Source: an uncultured Verrucomicrobiae bacterium (lineage in GTDB: Bacteria > Verrucomicrobiota > Verrucomicrobiia > Chthoniobacterales > Chthoniobacteraceae). From it: a DNA stretch of 64,000 bases. Positions within the stretch are counted from its first letter, which is position 1, and every line of letters begins with the position of its first letter. Both the position numbers and the translations under genes were made by a program. The notes below the pieces were generated by a model. It was not told where the DNA came from. It did not search any database and saw only the letters and a program-made list of their open reading frames with translations. The DNA lies in assembly GCA_963828525.1 (NCBI GenBank), contig CAWHEP010000002.1, positions 320,001 to 384,000 of the forward strand. Direction: 5' to 3'. Below are positions 1 to 10,289 of the stretch, piece by piece.

Positions 1-232
1 TGGCGTAGGGATGGCTTGTGCTTAACGGAGATTTAGCCGGTCTGTGGACGTAATCTTTCGCTTGTAGGCGCCGTAAGTCGCGGGTGTGGACGCCGCCCTT
101 TTTCTTGAAGCCGAGTGACGGGTGCGACGGTTTTTCAATGAACAGCTTGAAATTCTTGTTCGCCAGTTTCCGGATGTGCTCGGGAAGTCGATTGTAGCCC
201 TCCCAAAAGGAGGGCAGCGCGTTGGACTTCAC
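1..232 (-). CDS. ParE/RelE-like toxin, runs off the window edge; C-terminus possibly degenerate
   Basis: Not in the ORF track. GTG at 232 overlaps the upstream TGA (GTGA). Translates MKSNALPSFWEGYNRLPEHIRKLANKNFKLFIEKPSHPSLGFKKKGGV..., a typical 'FW..Y..LP......HPSL.FKK' ParE-like N-terminus. Confidence 0.65.
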   Translation of the reverse strand, partial: MKSNALPSFWEGYNRLPEHIRKLANKNFKLFIEKPSHPSLGFKKKGGVHTRDLRRLQAKDYVHRPAKSPLSTSHPYA

Positions 233-432
233 GGAACCGGTTTGAAATCGCCCGTATCAATCGCCGCGTCAATTTCCGCAAGCACCGAGTAGTGCTTTCC
301 GCTCGGTGAGAAATCCTTCTCGATTTCACTTTCCCACGCCAGGCTATCCTGCTCCTGGATGAAAGCAGCCAACTCCGCGAGTTCCCCAGGCGACAGTTCC
401 TTCACTGCGGTTTTGATTTCAGCCAGACTCAT
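229..432 (-). CDS. Small acidic putative antitoxin
   Basis: 67 aa (MSLAEIKTAVKELSPGELAELAAFI...W..EIEKDF), translationally coupled to the toxin-like ORF. Confidence 0.65.
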   Translation of the reverse strand: MSLAEIKTAVKELSPGELAELAAFIQEQDSLAWESEIEKDFSPSGKHYSVLAEIDAAIDTGDFKPVP

Positions 433-620
433 ACGGCAAAATTTTACGCCGCCCAGTATGAGCTAAAACTGCGGCGCATCCTGAAAAGTGAGCCTAAGAT
501 CGGCACGACAGCTTGGCCTGTCGATCGCCGCATCAACGGGAAGGGACAGCGCTGTGACTGCATGCCCGACAATTGGGAGTATTTCAGCAGTATTGTCAAG
601 CTGTCGCTGTAAAGCGTTCT

Positions 621-644
621 GTTCGAGTCCTACCGCTGGAGCCA
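621..644 (+). other. tRNA-Asn 3' fragment (att-like duplicated end)
   Basis: GTTCGAGTCCTACCGCTGGAGCCA = T-loop, T-stem, acceptor strand, G73 and CCA, with no tRNA 5' half upstream. Followed by a hairpin at 651-673. Confidence 0.75.
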
Positions 645-1584
645 AATTGCAAGTCGCTTATCGTGAGCGACTTCCCCCAGGGCCATGATGCGAAAGTTGC
701 GGAAAAACGCAAGCCGCGGGCCATGCCCTTGGCGAGTTGCAGGAGCCGTTGATGGCTTCAATTACTCCATTCGTCGCCCGCCTCTCCATGAAGGCAACAG
801 TCCCGTCCGAATGCTCCACGACGCTTCCCCGGAAACCTAGGTAGATATGTAGTCATACCAAGGAAATGCTTGCTATCGGCTTGATCCTTCTCCATGGGAA
901 AAGGGCTTGGCTGTGATACATATGCTCCCACCACCGCCGAAAGGATCGTCAAGGCCGAGCCTTATTTTATCGTTTATCGGGCTCACCCGCTTGAATAATG
1001 AATAATTGCCATAGTGGGGATTAGGAAAGACAACCCTGCAAGCCGGAAAGCCCATGTGCATTTCATCGCAATTACTCCTTTGCTGTGAACGTGTTCGTTT
1101 CACCTTTTCCACCAGACCACTTTATAGCAAGCGGATAGGGGTCAGGCACGGTCAGGCACATTTCTTGACAGATACCCTGCCGTGCGTCGCTACCTCTTCG
1201 AGCGGGAAGATCCCCCAACGCCCCCATCTCGGGCAAATGCCCGAGCGGCTCTTTCGACAGGCAATGAGACTCCGCCAGCCCCAATCCGCCCTTCTTTTAC
1301 CGCAAAAACTCATTTCCTTGAAATCGTTTCGGCGCGACCATCTCTGGCCAACCGGGGCAACGGTCGGCGCGCACCCTGATCCGCGCGCCGTTTCCGGCCA
1401 AGGAGTGTCGCAAAACTGCGTTAAAATCCCGCCTCGTGGGTGATGAGCCGTGTTCCTGGCGCCCATCATCGGTAGACGGATTGTGGTCTCGGCTCCTGCG
1501 TCGGAGCAGCTTGGATACAGCAGGTTCAAATGCGCGCCGCGATATCGACCCCTCAGCGCGAAAAGAAGAATCTTAAAAAATTTG

Positions 1585-1600
1585 TTGACTGATCAGTCTA
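1585..1600. promoter_or_regulatory. TetR (NemR-like) operator overlapping a -35 element
   Basis: TTGACTGATCAGTCTA with palindromic core GACTGATCAGTC; resembles TAGAC-N6-GTCTA. A related site TAGACGACCAGTCCA lies at 2255-2269. Confidence 0.6.
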
Positions 1601-1619
1601 TTACCGCGATAGCTGCGTC

Positions 1620-2231
1620 GTGCCCAGAGTGAGCGACATGAAGGAACGACTGACCGACGCAGCCATCGAGCTGATGTGGGAGAACAGCTACGGCTCGACG
1701 TCAGTTGACGCGATCTGCGAGCGCTCCGGGGCGAAGAAGGGCAGCTTCTATTATTTCTTCAAATCGAAATCGGAGTTGACGGCGGCTGCGCTCAAAGCCG
1801 ATTGGGCAAAGAAGCGGGCGTATATGGATTCAGTATTTTCGCCGACTGTCCCGCCGGTCGAGCGGTTTGAGCGCTACTTCGACTCGATGCACGACAGCCT
1901 CGCAGAGCGACAACAGCAGTGCGGTTCGATCCTCGGCTGCCCGATGCTGGCGATCGGCAGCGAAATCTGCACCCAGGATCAGCTCGTCCGCGAGACGATT
2001 GATCAGATTCTCGATCAGAAGATGCACTACTTTGTTTCGGCGATTCGCGACGCCCATGCGCAAGGTTTGATCCATGCGCCGGATCCGAGCATGAAGGCGA
2101 AGACGCTGTTTGCCTGCTACCACGGCGTGCTCAGCCAGGCGCGCGTCCAAAACGACCTCCAGCTCGTGCGTGAGTTTAAGCACATCGCGCTCGATCTTCT
2201 CGGGGTGAAACAGGCGCCCGTTCCCGCGTGA
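1620..2231 (+). CDS. TetR/AcrR family transcriptional regulator (NemR-like)
   Basis: HTH 'YGSTSVDAICERSGAKKGSFYYFFKSK' and a C-terminal GCP motif. Confidence 0.9.
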   Translation: MPRVSDMKERLTDAAIELMWENSYGSTSVDAICERSGAKKGSFYYFFKSKSELTAAALKADWAKKRAYMDSVFSPTVPPVERFERYFDSMHDSLAERQQQCGSILGCPMLAIGSEICTQDQLVRETIDQILDQKMHYFVSAIRDAHAQGLIHAPDPSMKAKTLFACYHGVLSQARVQNDLQLVREFKHIALDLLGVKQAPVPA

Positions 2232-2289
2232 CTTCTCTCCTTTTGATTAATTAATAGACGACCAGTCCAATACAAACCGAGGCAAACTT

Positions 2290-2601
2290 ATGACAATGAA
2301 CCCATCCACCGCGGCGGATTTCCCGCGCAAAATTTCACGCGCGCTCGCGCGGGTAAAACGCCAGTTGCAGCGCGACTACGAGCAGGCTTACCCGGCGCTG
2401 CGCGAGATCATCCATCTCGTCCTCGACGAGGAGGAATCGAAGGCGTGGAAGCTCTCCGCGTTCCCGCATCTGCTCTTCCCCGATCTCGTGGAAGCGCGCG
2501 TCACGAAGCTAAGTCTTCAACCGGTGGAGAGGCGCCACCACGAATTAACGGAGCCGCGCGAGCGCGCGGAGTTCCCGATGTTCCAACCCGCGTTCGCGTA
2601 A
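2290..2601 (+). CDS. Hypothetical protein
   Basis: 103-aa ORF between the TetR gene and the SDR, same orientation. Confidence 0.55.
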   Translation: MTMNPSTAADFPRKISRALARVKRQLQRDYEQAYPALREIIHLVLDEEESKAWKLSAFPHLLFPDLVEARVTKLSLQPVERRHHELTEPRERAEFPMFQPAFA

Positions 2602-2745
2602 CGCCGGGGAATCCGTTGGCCGAACGAAACACAACACAATGAACCTGCGACAAAAATCAACACCAGCAGTTCCGGCGAGAAAATTTCAACCGAAGTCTAC
2701 CCGCGCGTGGCGGGGATTATTCAGCCGCCGCCGCGCATCTAACCT

Positions 2746-3532
2746 ATGAACCTGACAAACAACACCATCCTGATCACCGGCGGCGGATCCGGTATCGGCC
2801 GCGGCCTCGCCGAAGCTTTTCACGCGCTCGGAAACCAGGTTGTCATCTCCGGACGGACGCAGAAGTCGCTCGATGAGGTGACGGCCGCCAATCCTGGCAT
2901 GAAGTCGCTCACGCTCGATGTCGCTGACGCTGAGGCAGTGAAGCAGTTCGCTAATCGCGTGATCGCCGACTTTCCAAAGCTTAACGTGCTCGTCAATAAC
3001 GCCGGCATTATGCGCAACGAGAACTTGCTCGAGAACTCTGAGCGGCAACTCGCCGACGCGGAAGCTACGGTGACGACCAATCTTCTCGGGCCGATCCGCC
3101 TTACCGCGGCTGTGCTGCCGCATCTGCGCAAACAAGCCCAGGCGGCAGTGATCAATGTGACCAGCGGGCTGGCTTATGTGCCCTTGGCAATGACGCCAAC
3201 TTATTCTGCCACGAAGGCGGCTATCCATTCCTATACCGAGTCACTGCGTTACCAGCTAAAGGATACATCGATCGAGGTAAAGGAGCTGATCCCACCCGTA
3301 CGTTGCTACTACATTAATGGGCGATCGCCAGGCTAACGATTCTCGCGCGATGCCGCTCGCGGACTTCATCAAAGAAGTGATGGACATCTTTCAGACCAAA
3401 CCGGACGCAACCGAGATCGCGGTGGAGCGCGTTCGTCCGCTCCGCTCCGCGGCCGAGGGCGGCCACCAGAAATACCAGCGCTTTTTTACTGAATTCAACG
3501 ACGCCATGAAAGCCGCGAGACCAAACGGCTGA
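2746..3532 (+). CDS. SDR oxidoreductase (DltE-like), frameshifted near 3298
   Basis: TGGGSGIG, NNAG and YSATK motifs; C-terminus continues in ORF 3317-3532 (AMPLADFIKEVM). Confidence 0.85.
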
Positions 3533-3546
3533 AAGACTTGTAACTT

Positions 3547-4458
3547 ATGACTAACACCCAATTAGCACCCAATCCGCCGCAGAATCCGGCGTCAACGAAG
3601 CTACCCGGCGGCGCCTTTAAGCTTGCCGGCGATCTTACGCTTACCCGCATGGGTTACGGAGCCATGCAGCTGGCTGGCCCGCGCGTGTTCGGGCCGCCAG
3701 CCGACCACGATGGCGCGGTTGCCGTATTACGAGAGGTAATTCGCCTCGGGATCAATCACATCGATACCAGCGACTTCTATGGGCCTCACGTCACGAATCG
3801 ATTGATCAAAGAAGCGCTCCATCCCTATCCATCTGAGCTGCGCATCGTGACCAAGGTCGGAGCGCGCCGTGATGAAAAAGGCAATTGGCCCAAAGCGCTC
3901 GCGCCCGGTGAGCTACGGCAGGCGATCCACGATAACCTGGCGAATCTAGGTCGCGACGCCCTGGACGTCGTGAACCTGCGCGTTGGTGGCATGGATAAGC
4001 CGGATTCGAGTTCCATCGCTGAGCCTTTTAGCGTGCTCGCCGAAATGCAGCGTGATGGCCTCATCAGGCACTTGGGAGTGAGTAACGTAACCGCCGAGCA
4101 GATCGCCGAAGCGCAATCCATCGCCCCGGTAGTCTGTGTCCAAAACTTCTACAATATCGCGAATCGGCAGGACGATGCGTTGATCGATTCGCTTGCGGAA
4201 CAAGGGATCGCCTACGTGCCATTTTTTCCGCTCGGCGGCTTTGCGCCGCTCCAATCCGATACGCTCTCCGGCGTTGCTAGAGGCTTAAACTCTACTCCGA
4301 TGTCAGTCGCGTTAGCATGGCTGTTGCAACGCTCACCTAACATTCTGCTCATACCAGGAACATCGTCGGTTCAACACCTGCGAGAAAACGTCTCCGGTGC
4401 TGGGCTGCAACTGCCCGAAGATGCAATCGCAGAGTTAAACGCGATCGCCGGAAAGTAA
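3547..4458 (+). CDS. Aldo/keto reductase (YdbC-like)
   Basis: MGYGAMQL, IDTSDFYG and LLIPGTSSVQHLREN motifs. Confidence 0.9.
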   Translation: MTNTQLAPNPPQNPASTKLPGGAFKLAGDLTLTRMGYGAMQLAGPRVFGPPADHDGAVAVLREVIRLGINHIDTSDFYGPHVTNRLIKEALHPYPSELRIVTKVGARRDEKGNWPKALAPGELRQAIHDNLANLGRDALDVVNLRVGGMDKPDSSSIAEPFSVLAEMQRDGLIRHLGVSNVTAEQIAEAQSIAPVVCVQNFYNIANRQDDALIDSLAEQGIAYVPFFPLGGFAPLQSDTLSGVARGLNSTPMSVALAWLLQRSPNILLIPGTSSVQHLRENVSGAGLQLPEDAIAELNAIAGK

Positions 4459-4512
4459 CGATCGACGTCCTTCAAACAACAACCAAAAACTCAAATCCAG
4501 AAAGCCAAAATC

Positions 4513-5274
4513 ATGTCCACTAACTTACAAAAACTAACTGGCAAAGTTGCCATCGTGACCGGTGCCTCTAAAGGTATAGGCGCAGCCATCGCCGCGCATC
4601 TCGCCGCAGCCGGCGCGTCCGTGGTCGTCAATTACTCGTCGAGCAAAGAGGGCGCGGACCGCGTCGTCGATCTTATCGCGAAGCGCGGGGGCGCCGCCGT
4701 TGCCGTGCAGGCCAGCGTCTCGCGGAAGGCGGACATTGATCGCCTTTTCGAGGAAACGAAGAAAGCCTTCGGCAAGGTCGATATTCTCGTCAACAACGCC
4801 GGCGTCTTCGAATTCAAGCCGCTCGCCGAGATCACCGAGGAACACTTCCATCGGCAGTTTGATCTCAACGTGCTCGGCTTGCTCCTCACCTCGAAGAAAG
4901 CCGCCGAAACGTTTGGCCCCGAGGGCGGCAGCATCATAAACATCAGCTCCGTGGTCAGTGTCAGCCCGCAGCCTGGCGGCTCCGTTTACTCCGCGACGAA
5001 AGCGGCTGTCGATGCAATCACCACCTCCCTCGCGAAGGAGCTTGGCGCGCGGAAGATCCGCGTGAACTCCCTGAACCCAGGCATGGTCGAAACCGAAGGC
5101 ACCCATGCGGCGGGCTTCATCGGTTCCGATTTCGACCGCATGATCACTGCGCAAACCCCGCTGGGTCGCATCGGCCAGCCGGATGACATCGGTCCGGTCG
5201 CGGTCTTCCTCGCTTCGGAAGATTCCCGCTGGGTAACCGGCCAGGCGCTGCTCGTCTCCGGCGGCCAAAAGTAA
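4513..5274 (+). CDS. SDR oxidoreductase (FabG/glucose 1-dehydrogenase-like)
   Basis: TGASKGIG, NNAG, YSATK and PLGRIGQP motifs. Confidence 0.9.
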   Translation: MSTNLQKLTGKVAIVTGASKGIGAAIAAHLAAAGASVVVNYSSSKEGADRVVDLIAKRGGAAVAVQASVSRKADIDRLFEETKKAFGKVDILVNNAGVFEFKPLAEITEEHFHRQFDLNVLGLLLTSKKAAETFGPEGGSIINISSVVSVSPQPGGSVYSATKAAVDAITTSLAKELGARKIRVNSLNPGMVETEGTHAAGFIGSDFDRMITAQTPLGRIGQPDDIGPVAVFLASEDSRWVTGQALLVSGGQK

Positions 5275-5307
5275 ACGGCGAAGCGTTGAACCAGATTCCT
5301 GACCAGC

Positions 5308-5655
5308 ATGAACCGCCAACTACTCGGCCGCAGGGGGCTTCGCGTTTCCGGCCTCAGTCTCGGGGCCATCACCTTCGGCGACGGGGGCTGGGGCGCCCGG
5401 TGGCACGCCGTCGCCGAGGAGGGCGTGCCGGCTCGCGGGATCGCTGAAGCGATTGGTTTCGGGCTTCGCGTTCCCGTCAAGTCGCTTTCGCCCGATGAGG
5501 CGGCGGATTACTTCGGCTGGCTCGGTCTTTTCGCTCAGATGGACATGCCGGCCTCAAGCGATTTTACCCGCCGGCGGCTCGGTTGGGAGCCGAATGGGCC
5601 CAGCCTCATACAGGATCTCCGGGAGATGGATTATAGCTCAGTCGAAGCGCGTTGA
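5308..5655 (+). pseudogene. Chimeric remnant: aldo/keto reductase N-terminus fused to the C-terminus of an atypical SDR/epimerase
   Basis: LLGRRGLRVSGLSLGAITFG (AKR start) joined to ARWHAVAEEGV...LGWEPNGPSLIQDL (atypical SDR end). Confidence 0.7.
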
Positions 5656-5727
5656 ATTTCACACCGAGGCGCTTAAAGCGTATACTTCTTTCAACCATCG
5701 CAACGCGCTTGTAACTCGTATTCCATC

Positions 5728-7089
5728 TTAATCCGGAACGGGCTTTGCAAGTAACTCAGGACGCTCGCGGAGAACCTTGATTAACGCTTCCCCGAAGAGG
5801 TTATTTGCCCAAGCGAACCAGTGCCGGGAATACTTGGTCGCGTCATCCTTGTTGAAGGACTCATGCATATAACCGGTGCCTGCGGAGGACCGCTTCAGCA
5901 TCGTGAGGCACGAGATGATCTCAGCGTCGTCCGTGCTGGTTAAGACCCGCGCGCAAAGACCAAGCGGCCAGATCATTCCCTTGCCCTTGTGGGGGCTGCA
6001 CTCCCCTTCTGCCACAGTTCCGCGGGCAAAATAGGGATCGTCCAAACTCAATGCCCACTTGCGTGTGTTCAATACCACAGGATCCCCGGCCAGGGACGGT
6101 GTGAAATACGGGATCGAAACCAGGCTCGGAAGTCCAGCGTCGTCGAAAAGGAATGTGTTCCCAAGACCATTGCACTCGTACGCGTATATCTTGCCGTACT
6201 TGGGATCGTTAACCGTGCCATACTGCTCGACACCTCCCTGAACTTCGTCCGCCAAGGCGCGACAATCAGCCGCCAAAGTATCACCGGGCATAAGCGCGTC
6301 TGCCATTTCCGCCAACTGCCGCAGCGAGGTCATCGCCAGGAGGTTTTCGGGGATATTGAAGAGATAGACGGTGGGATCGTCTGAATTTCGAAATCTTGTG
6401 CAGATCATCCCCGTAGGTTTCATAGGCCCCCCATAGTCGTTTCCATGATGGTAAGGTCCTTGATTCTCCTTCCGCTGCTGCTCGCGCATGGTTGCTACCG
6501 CAAGATGCATCGCGTCTTTCCACTCCTGGTCGAAGGTCTGCTTATCGCCTGTTTCCTTCCAGTATTCGTAGGAAAGACGCATGCAATAACTCAGGGAGTC
6601 GAGCTCCCATTTCCCTTCAAAGACAGGCTTTTGGGGAGGCACAGGATCTTTCCGGAACGCGTTGGCGTAAGGATAGACGAGAATACAAGCGGCCTGCCGG
6701 TGGATCAGACCTGCTACTAACTCCGCTAGGTGTGGATCTTCTTTGCAGAGCTGAATGTAGCCCTGGACCTGCGCCGAGGAATCGCGCAGCCACATCGCAT
6801 TGATGTCTCCCGTAATAATAAATGTGTCCGGCTTGCCGTTTCGACTGCCCACCGTCACGGTGGTATCGAGAGTGTTGGGATAGGAAAGCTCAAAGATCTT
6901 GGACAGCACAGGATCAGCTACCTTCTGCGTGACGAGCTTAATCTCTCGTTCGACAGCGGCGCTGCTAAACTTCCGCTTGTCCGGCGCGAGCCGAACCGGA
7001 ACTTTTTGATTAACCGCCGCGTGAGCAGTGGTCAGGAAGACGACGGCTACAGCTAGAAAAGTCAGACAACGAGGAAGGGTTAGGGACAT
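5728..7089 (-). CDS. Glycoside hydrolase family 125 (exo-alpha-1,6-mannosidase-like)
   Basis: Signal peptide; TGDINAMWLRDS, KWELDSL, MHESF and WFAWAN motifs. Confidence 0.9.
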   Translation of the reverse strand: MSLTLPRCLTFLAVAVVFLTTAHAAVNQKVPVRLAPDKRKFSSAAVEREIKLVTQKVADPVLSKIFELSYPNTLDTTVTVGSRNGKPDTFIITGDINAMWLRDSSAQVQGYIQLCKEDPHLAELVAGLIHRQAACILVYPYANAFRKDPVPPQKPVFEGKWELDSLSYCMRLSYEYWKETGDKQTFDQEWKDAMHLAVATMREQQRKENQGPYHHGNDYGGPMKPTGMICTRFRNSDDPTVYLFNIPENLLAMTSLRQLAEMADALMPGDTLAADCRALADEVQGGVEQYGTVNDPKYGKIYAYECNGLGNTFLFDDAGLPSLVSIPYFTPSLAGDPVVLNTRKWALSLDDPYFARGTVAEGECSPHKGKGMIWPLGLCARVLTSTDDAEIISCLTMLKRSSAGTGYMHESFNKDDATKYSRHWFAWANNLFGEALIKVLRERPELLAKPVPD

Positions 7090-7297
7090 TGTTTAGCTCA
7101 AGTTGACAGTTAATTTCTCAATGGGAGATTGATGAGGTTTCGGCGTCAGCAACCAAAACATAAAAGTATTGGAGGTGGTGCCAGAACTGATTAGCGGAGC
7201 CTCGTCAGCCGTAACACGGAGGCGGATGCAACACTCGCCGTCGCGCTCCAGAGCAGGCCCAGCCCCAGATCAATCGAAGCCTCAATGGGAACGGTTA

Positions 7298-7735
7298 TCA
7301 TACGGCAATAGGATTCCAAACTTCCACAAATCCGAAACCCTTAAAGTGCTTCACGTTGGCGGTTGCAAAGCGGGTCACACCATGGTGGAGCAGAGTAAAG
7401 GCAATGCGGGCGTCAATCATCTGTCTAAAGCCGGCCTTGGTTTCCCTCGCCCAAACCCACAGTTTTGAAGAGACGAGCGAGTCATAGTCGATGCAGCGCC
7501 ATGCAAGGTTCTGCTTTAAGGCCGCGCAATGAGCAGCGGATTCCCTCGCCGTGTAGGGCTTGGCGAAAATGGCGGGGTTCCGAAGCTGCATGTAAAGCTC
7601 GACCAAAACCAGTTCGCACAGGACAAACTCTTCTCTGCCCTGCACAACTTTGGCGAAAAAGGCCTTCGCCGGCTTGTGGCAAGGGGAATCAGGGTCAGCA
7701 GCATGAATGAGCAGGTTCGTATCAGCAGTCAGCAT
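7298..7735 (-). CDS. vapC: PIN-domain VapC toxin
   Basis: Start MLTADTNLL; 'DARIAFTLLHHGV..FATANVKHF' PIN motifs. Confidence 0.85.
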   Translation of the reverse strand: MLTADTNLLIHAADPDSPCHKPAKAFFAKVVQGREEFVLCELVLVELYMQLRNPAIFAKPYTARESAAHCAALKQNLAWRCIDYDSLVSSKLWVWARETKAGFRQMIDARIAFTLLHHGVTRFATANVKHFKGFGFVEVWNPIAV

Positions 7736-7736
7736 A

Positions 7737-7991
7737 TCAGGCTTTGCTATGACGGCTTTCCACAGCATCCGCCTCGGCGGAAATAGCGGCAGGGTCAACC
7801 AAGTGGCCTCCGCTTCCCCGCAGTACGGGCATAGTCCATGTAGTTGTAGACTGAATGTCTTCAGGGCAAGTCTGGACGTAGGTTTCCATGCCGCGACGAA
7901 TCAGCTCTGCAACCGACCAATCCCGTGCAGAGGCGATTGTTTTAAGCCGCCGAAAGAGCGGCTCGGGTAATTGGATCTGAGTTCGAGTCAT
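7737..7991 (-). CDS. vapB: RHH/CopG-type antitoxin
   Basis: MTRTQIQLPE...SVAELIRRG ribbon-helix-helix pattern, directly upstream of the PIN gene. Confidence 0.8.
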   Translation of the reverse strand: MTRTQIQLPEPLFRRLKTIASARDWSVAELIRRGMETYVQTCPEDIQSTTTWTMPVLRGSGGHLVDPAAISAEADAVESRHSKA

Positions 7992-8216
7992 GCGCACAGT
8001 CTAATGTCGCCATCACAATGATGTCAATTTAGAAACCAATCCCGCGAGGTTGACGGGGACAACACTGGACGGGGCTCGACGTCAAACGGACATACTAATC
8101 AAGCTCAACCTCACTTTTGAATTACAAAACCGTTCCCTGATCCCTCGCGCGCCAGCGCCACCCCGCTCGAAATTCCCGCTTCATAATTCCGCCCTGCGTG
8201 CAAGTCTGTCATCCGA

Positions 8217-10097
8217 ATGCCTTCTCTCGTGATCGTACTCTTCGCCACCGCTCTTGCAGCCGGCATTTTCCTGCTGCCCTGGCACGTGCCGTTCCCGAGG
8301 CAGGTTGAGTCTCCTTCCTACATCTACGGGTATAACAATCTCGCCGCGCACCTCGTGATTGCCCTCGCGCTGCTGGCGGCCCTCGTGTGGCAGTTGCGGC
8401 GTCAGAGGGCCCTGCCCGCTGAGGCTGCGTCACAACTCGTTACTCCGGTCGCGTCCTGGGATCGCGCGCCACTCGCGGCGTTGGGAGGCGCCACGCTCGC
8501 CATCTGCGCCGCGATCACGACCCTTTTCCACATCCTCCCTTACGGCAGCTACGGGGAGATGCCCTATTTTCTCTCCCGGCTTGACCTCATGATCCTGGGC
8601 CAGCGCCCCTTCCAGGATTTTCATTTCAACTACGGCCCGATGATGCTGGAGCCGGTTGTGGCGCTGTATGACCTATCATATGGGTTGCTCTCCGTGGAGC
8701 AGGCTTACCTGGCGGTTCTCCTCGCCCACTGGGTGATTGGCTTGTGGCTGCTCTGGTATGTCGTGGATGCTTTCACCGCTAAATCCCACCGCGTGGCGAT
8801 TTTCCTCCTTCTCGCGCTCGCCACCTTCAACCTTACGCTGGGCTTAAACTATACTCCGCTCCGCTTTCTCCTCCCTCTCGCTTCCCTCGTTCTCATCGAC
8901 AGGATCGTCGTCTCCCAAAGCCCGGCCGCCTGGAAGAAAGCGTGCGCGCTTTCCTTCCTGCTTCCCCTCGCCTGTTTCTCGATCTCGCCCGAAATGGGCA
9001 TCGCCTCTTTCGCCGCTTTCCTCGTCTATTTTTCTGCCCACGCCCGCGCGCGCCGCGGTAGACCTGCGCCCTGCCTGTTATTCGTCGCGCTGACGCTGCC
9101 GGCCGTCGTTCTCCTGTTCTCGCGCGAGTATTTTGACATCGTCTTCTCCTTCGTCGGCGGTGGCAATAACCTGCCGATCCTGCCGACCGCCCATGTGCTC
9201 CTGTTCCTGCTGGCGGTCTTCGCCGTGCTGCCCCGCCTTGGCGGCAGCGCGCTTCTGTTCCCCGCCTCCGCCCCTGCTCCACTCAGCCTCGCTTTATTCA
9301 TCCTTCTCGGCCTTTGCATCCCGGCGGCGTTAGGGCGGTGCGACCCAGGGCACATCCTCTTTTACGGTCTCGCGCTATTCCTGCTATTCCTGCGGGAAGC
9401 GCGCGACAAACCCAGGGATCGGATCGCCGTTCTCGTTGCCTTCTTCCTTGCCTTCCCTGTCGCTGGCCAGATCAGCTTCTGGAATAGCTACGCCTACGCC
9501 GTTAAAGAAATCCTCACCACCTACGCCGATCTCCGGCGCGTGGCTCATGCCGACAAGACCGTCCCGGCGGCCATCCAAAGACTTTCGCCTTCCCCGGACG
9601 CCCCGCGCGTCCGCTACAGCAAGCTCCTGCCGTGGAATCCGGAACTGCTCCGGCTGCTGCGGTACCCAAGGCTTGGAACTCCGATGGGCGTCAGCGAGCA
9701 AATGGACCGCTTTCTTAAACTCACAGGCCAGTTCATCCCGGAATATCATCCCGGCTTCTACGACGACGTCTTGAATAAAGCGGATATCGCCCAGAAAATC
9801 CGCGACCTCCGCCGCATGCCCGTCATTGTCTTTGCGGGAACCAGCCTGAGCGACTTGGCTCCGTTCGACGAAGCCGCCTTTGTCGCCGAAGACAATCGCG
9901 CTCTGTCTCGGCTCCTCCTTTTCCCCCTCCACCTGAAGATGCGAAACACCCCCCTTGGCATGAAACGCGAAGTCATGACCGTCATCTCAGCCGAGTACGC
10001 CGTCCGCGAGCAGATCGGCCCCTACTTTGTCGCAGTCCGTAAGGAGGCCCGCCTGCCGTTCGCCAGTAGGAGACGAGCCAAGGGAGCCGGTCGTTGA
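8217..10097 (+). CDS. Polytopic membrane protein (possible GT-C-like glycosyltransferase)
   Basis: 626 aa with more than 10 hydrophobic segments; 'GQRPFQDFHFNYGP' loop motif. Confidence 0.6.
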   Translation: MPSLVIVLFATALAAGIFLLPWHVPFPRQVESPSYIYGYNNLAAHLVIALALLAALVWQLRRQRALPAEAASQLVTPVASWDRAPLAALGGATLAICAAITTLFHILPYGSYGEMPYFLSRLDLMILGQRPFQDFHFNYGPMMLEPVVALYDLSYGLLSVEQAYLAVLLAHWVIGLWLLWYVVDAFTAKSHRVAIFLLLALATFNLTLGLNYTPLRFLLPLASLVLIDRIVVSQSPAAWKKACALSFLLPLACFSISPEMGIASFAAFLVYFSAHARARRGRPAPCLLFVALTLPAVVLLFSREYFDIVFSFVGGGNNLPILPTAHVLLFLLAVFAVLPRLGGSALLFPASAPAPLSLALFILLGLCIPAALGRCDPGHILFYGLALFLLFLREARDKPRDRIAVLVAFFLAFPVAGQISFWNSYAYAVKEILTTYADLRRVAHADKTVPAAIQRLSPSPDAPRVRYSKLLPWNPELLRLLRYPRLGTPMGVSEQMDRFLKLTGQFIPEYHPGFYDDVLNKADIAQKIRDLRRMPVIVFAGTSLSDLAPFDEAAFVAEDNRALSRLLLFPLHLKMRNTPLGMKREVMTVISAEYAVREQIGPYFVAVRKEARLPFASRRRAKGAGR

Positions 10098-10289
10098 CAA
10101 TCTCCGGGCCAACCACATGGCCGCGTCATCTATTCTTCCGCCCGTTCGGGACATGGCTCCGGGTAAAACATCCAGCCTCCAGCATCCAAACCCTCAGCCC
10201 ACTCCCTGGCGCCGCCACTCCATCCCCGCTCCTCGCTTTTAACTTTTCTTTTCTTGCAATGCCGCCCCGCCATCGCACAATCCCGAACT

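Noticed and set aside
700..1580. Short ORFs and possible IS-end-like sequences
   Set aside because: No recognisable protein motif, paired TIR or TSD found.
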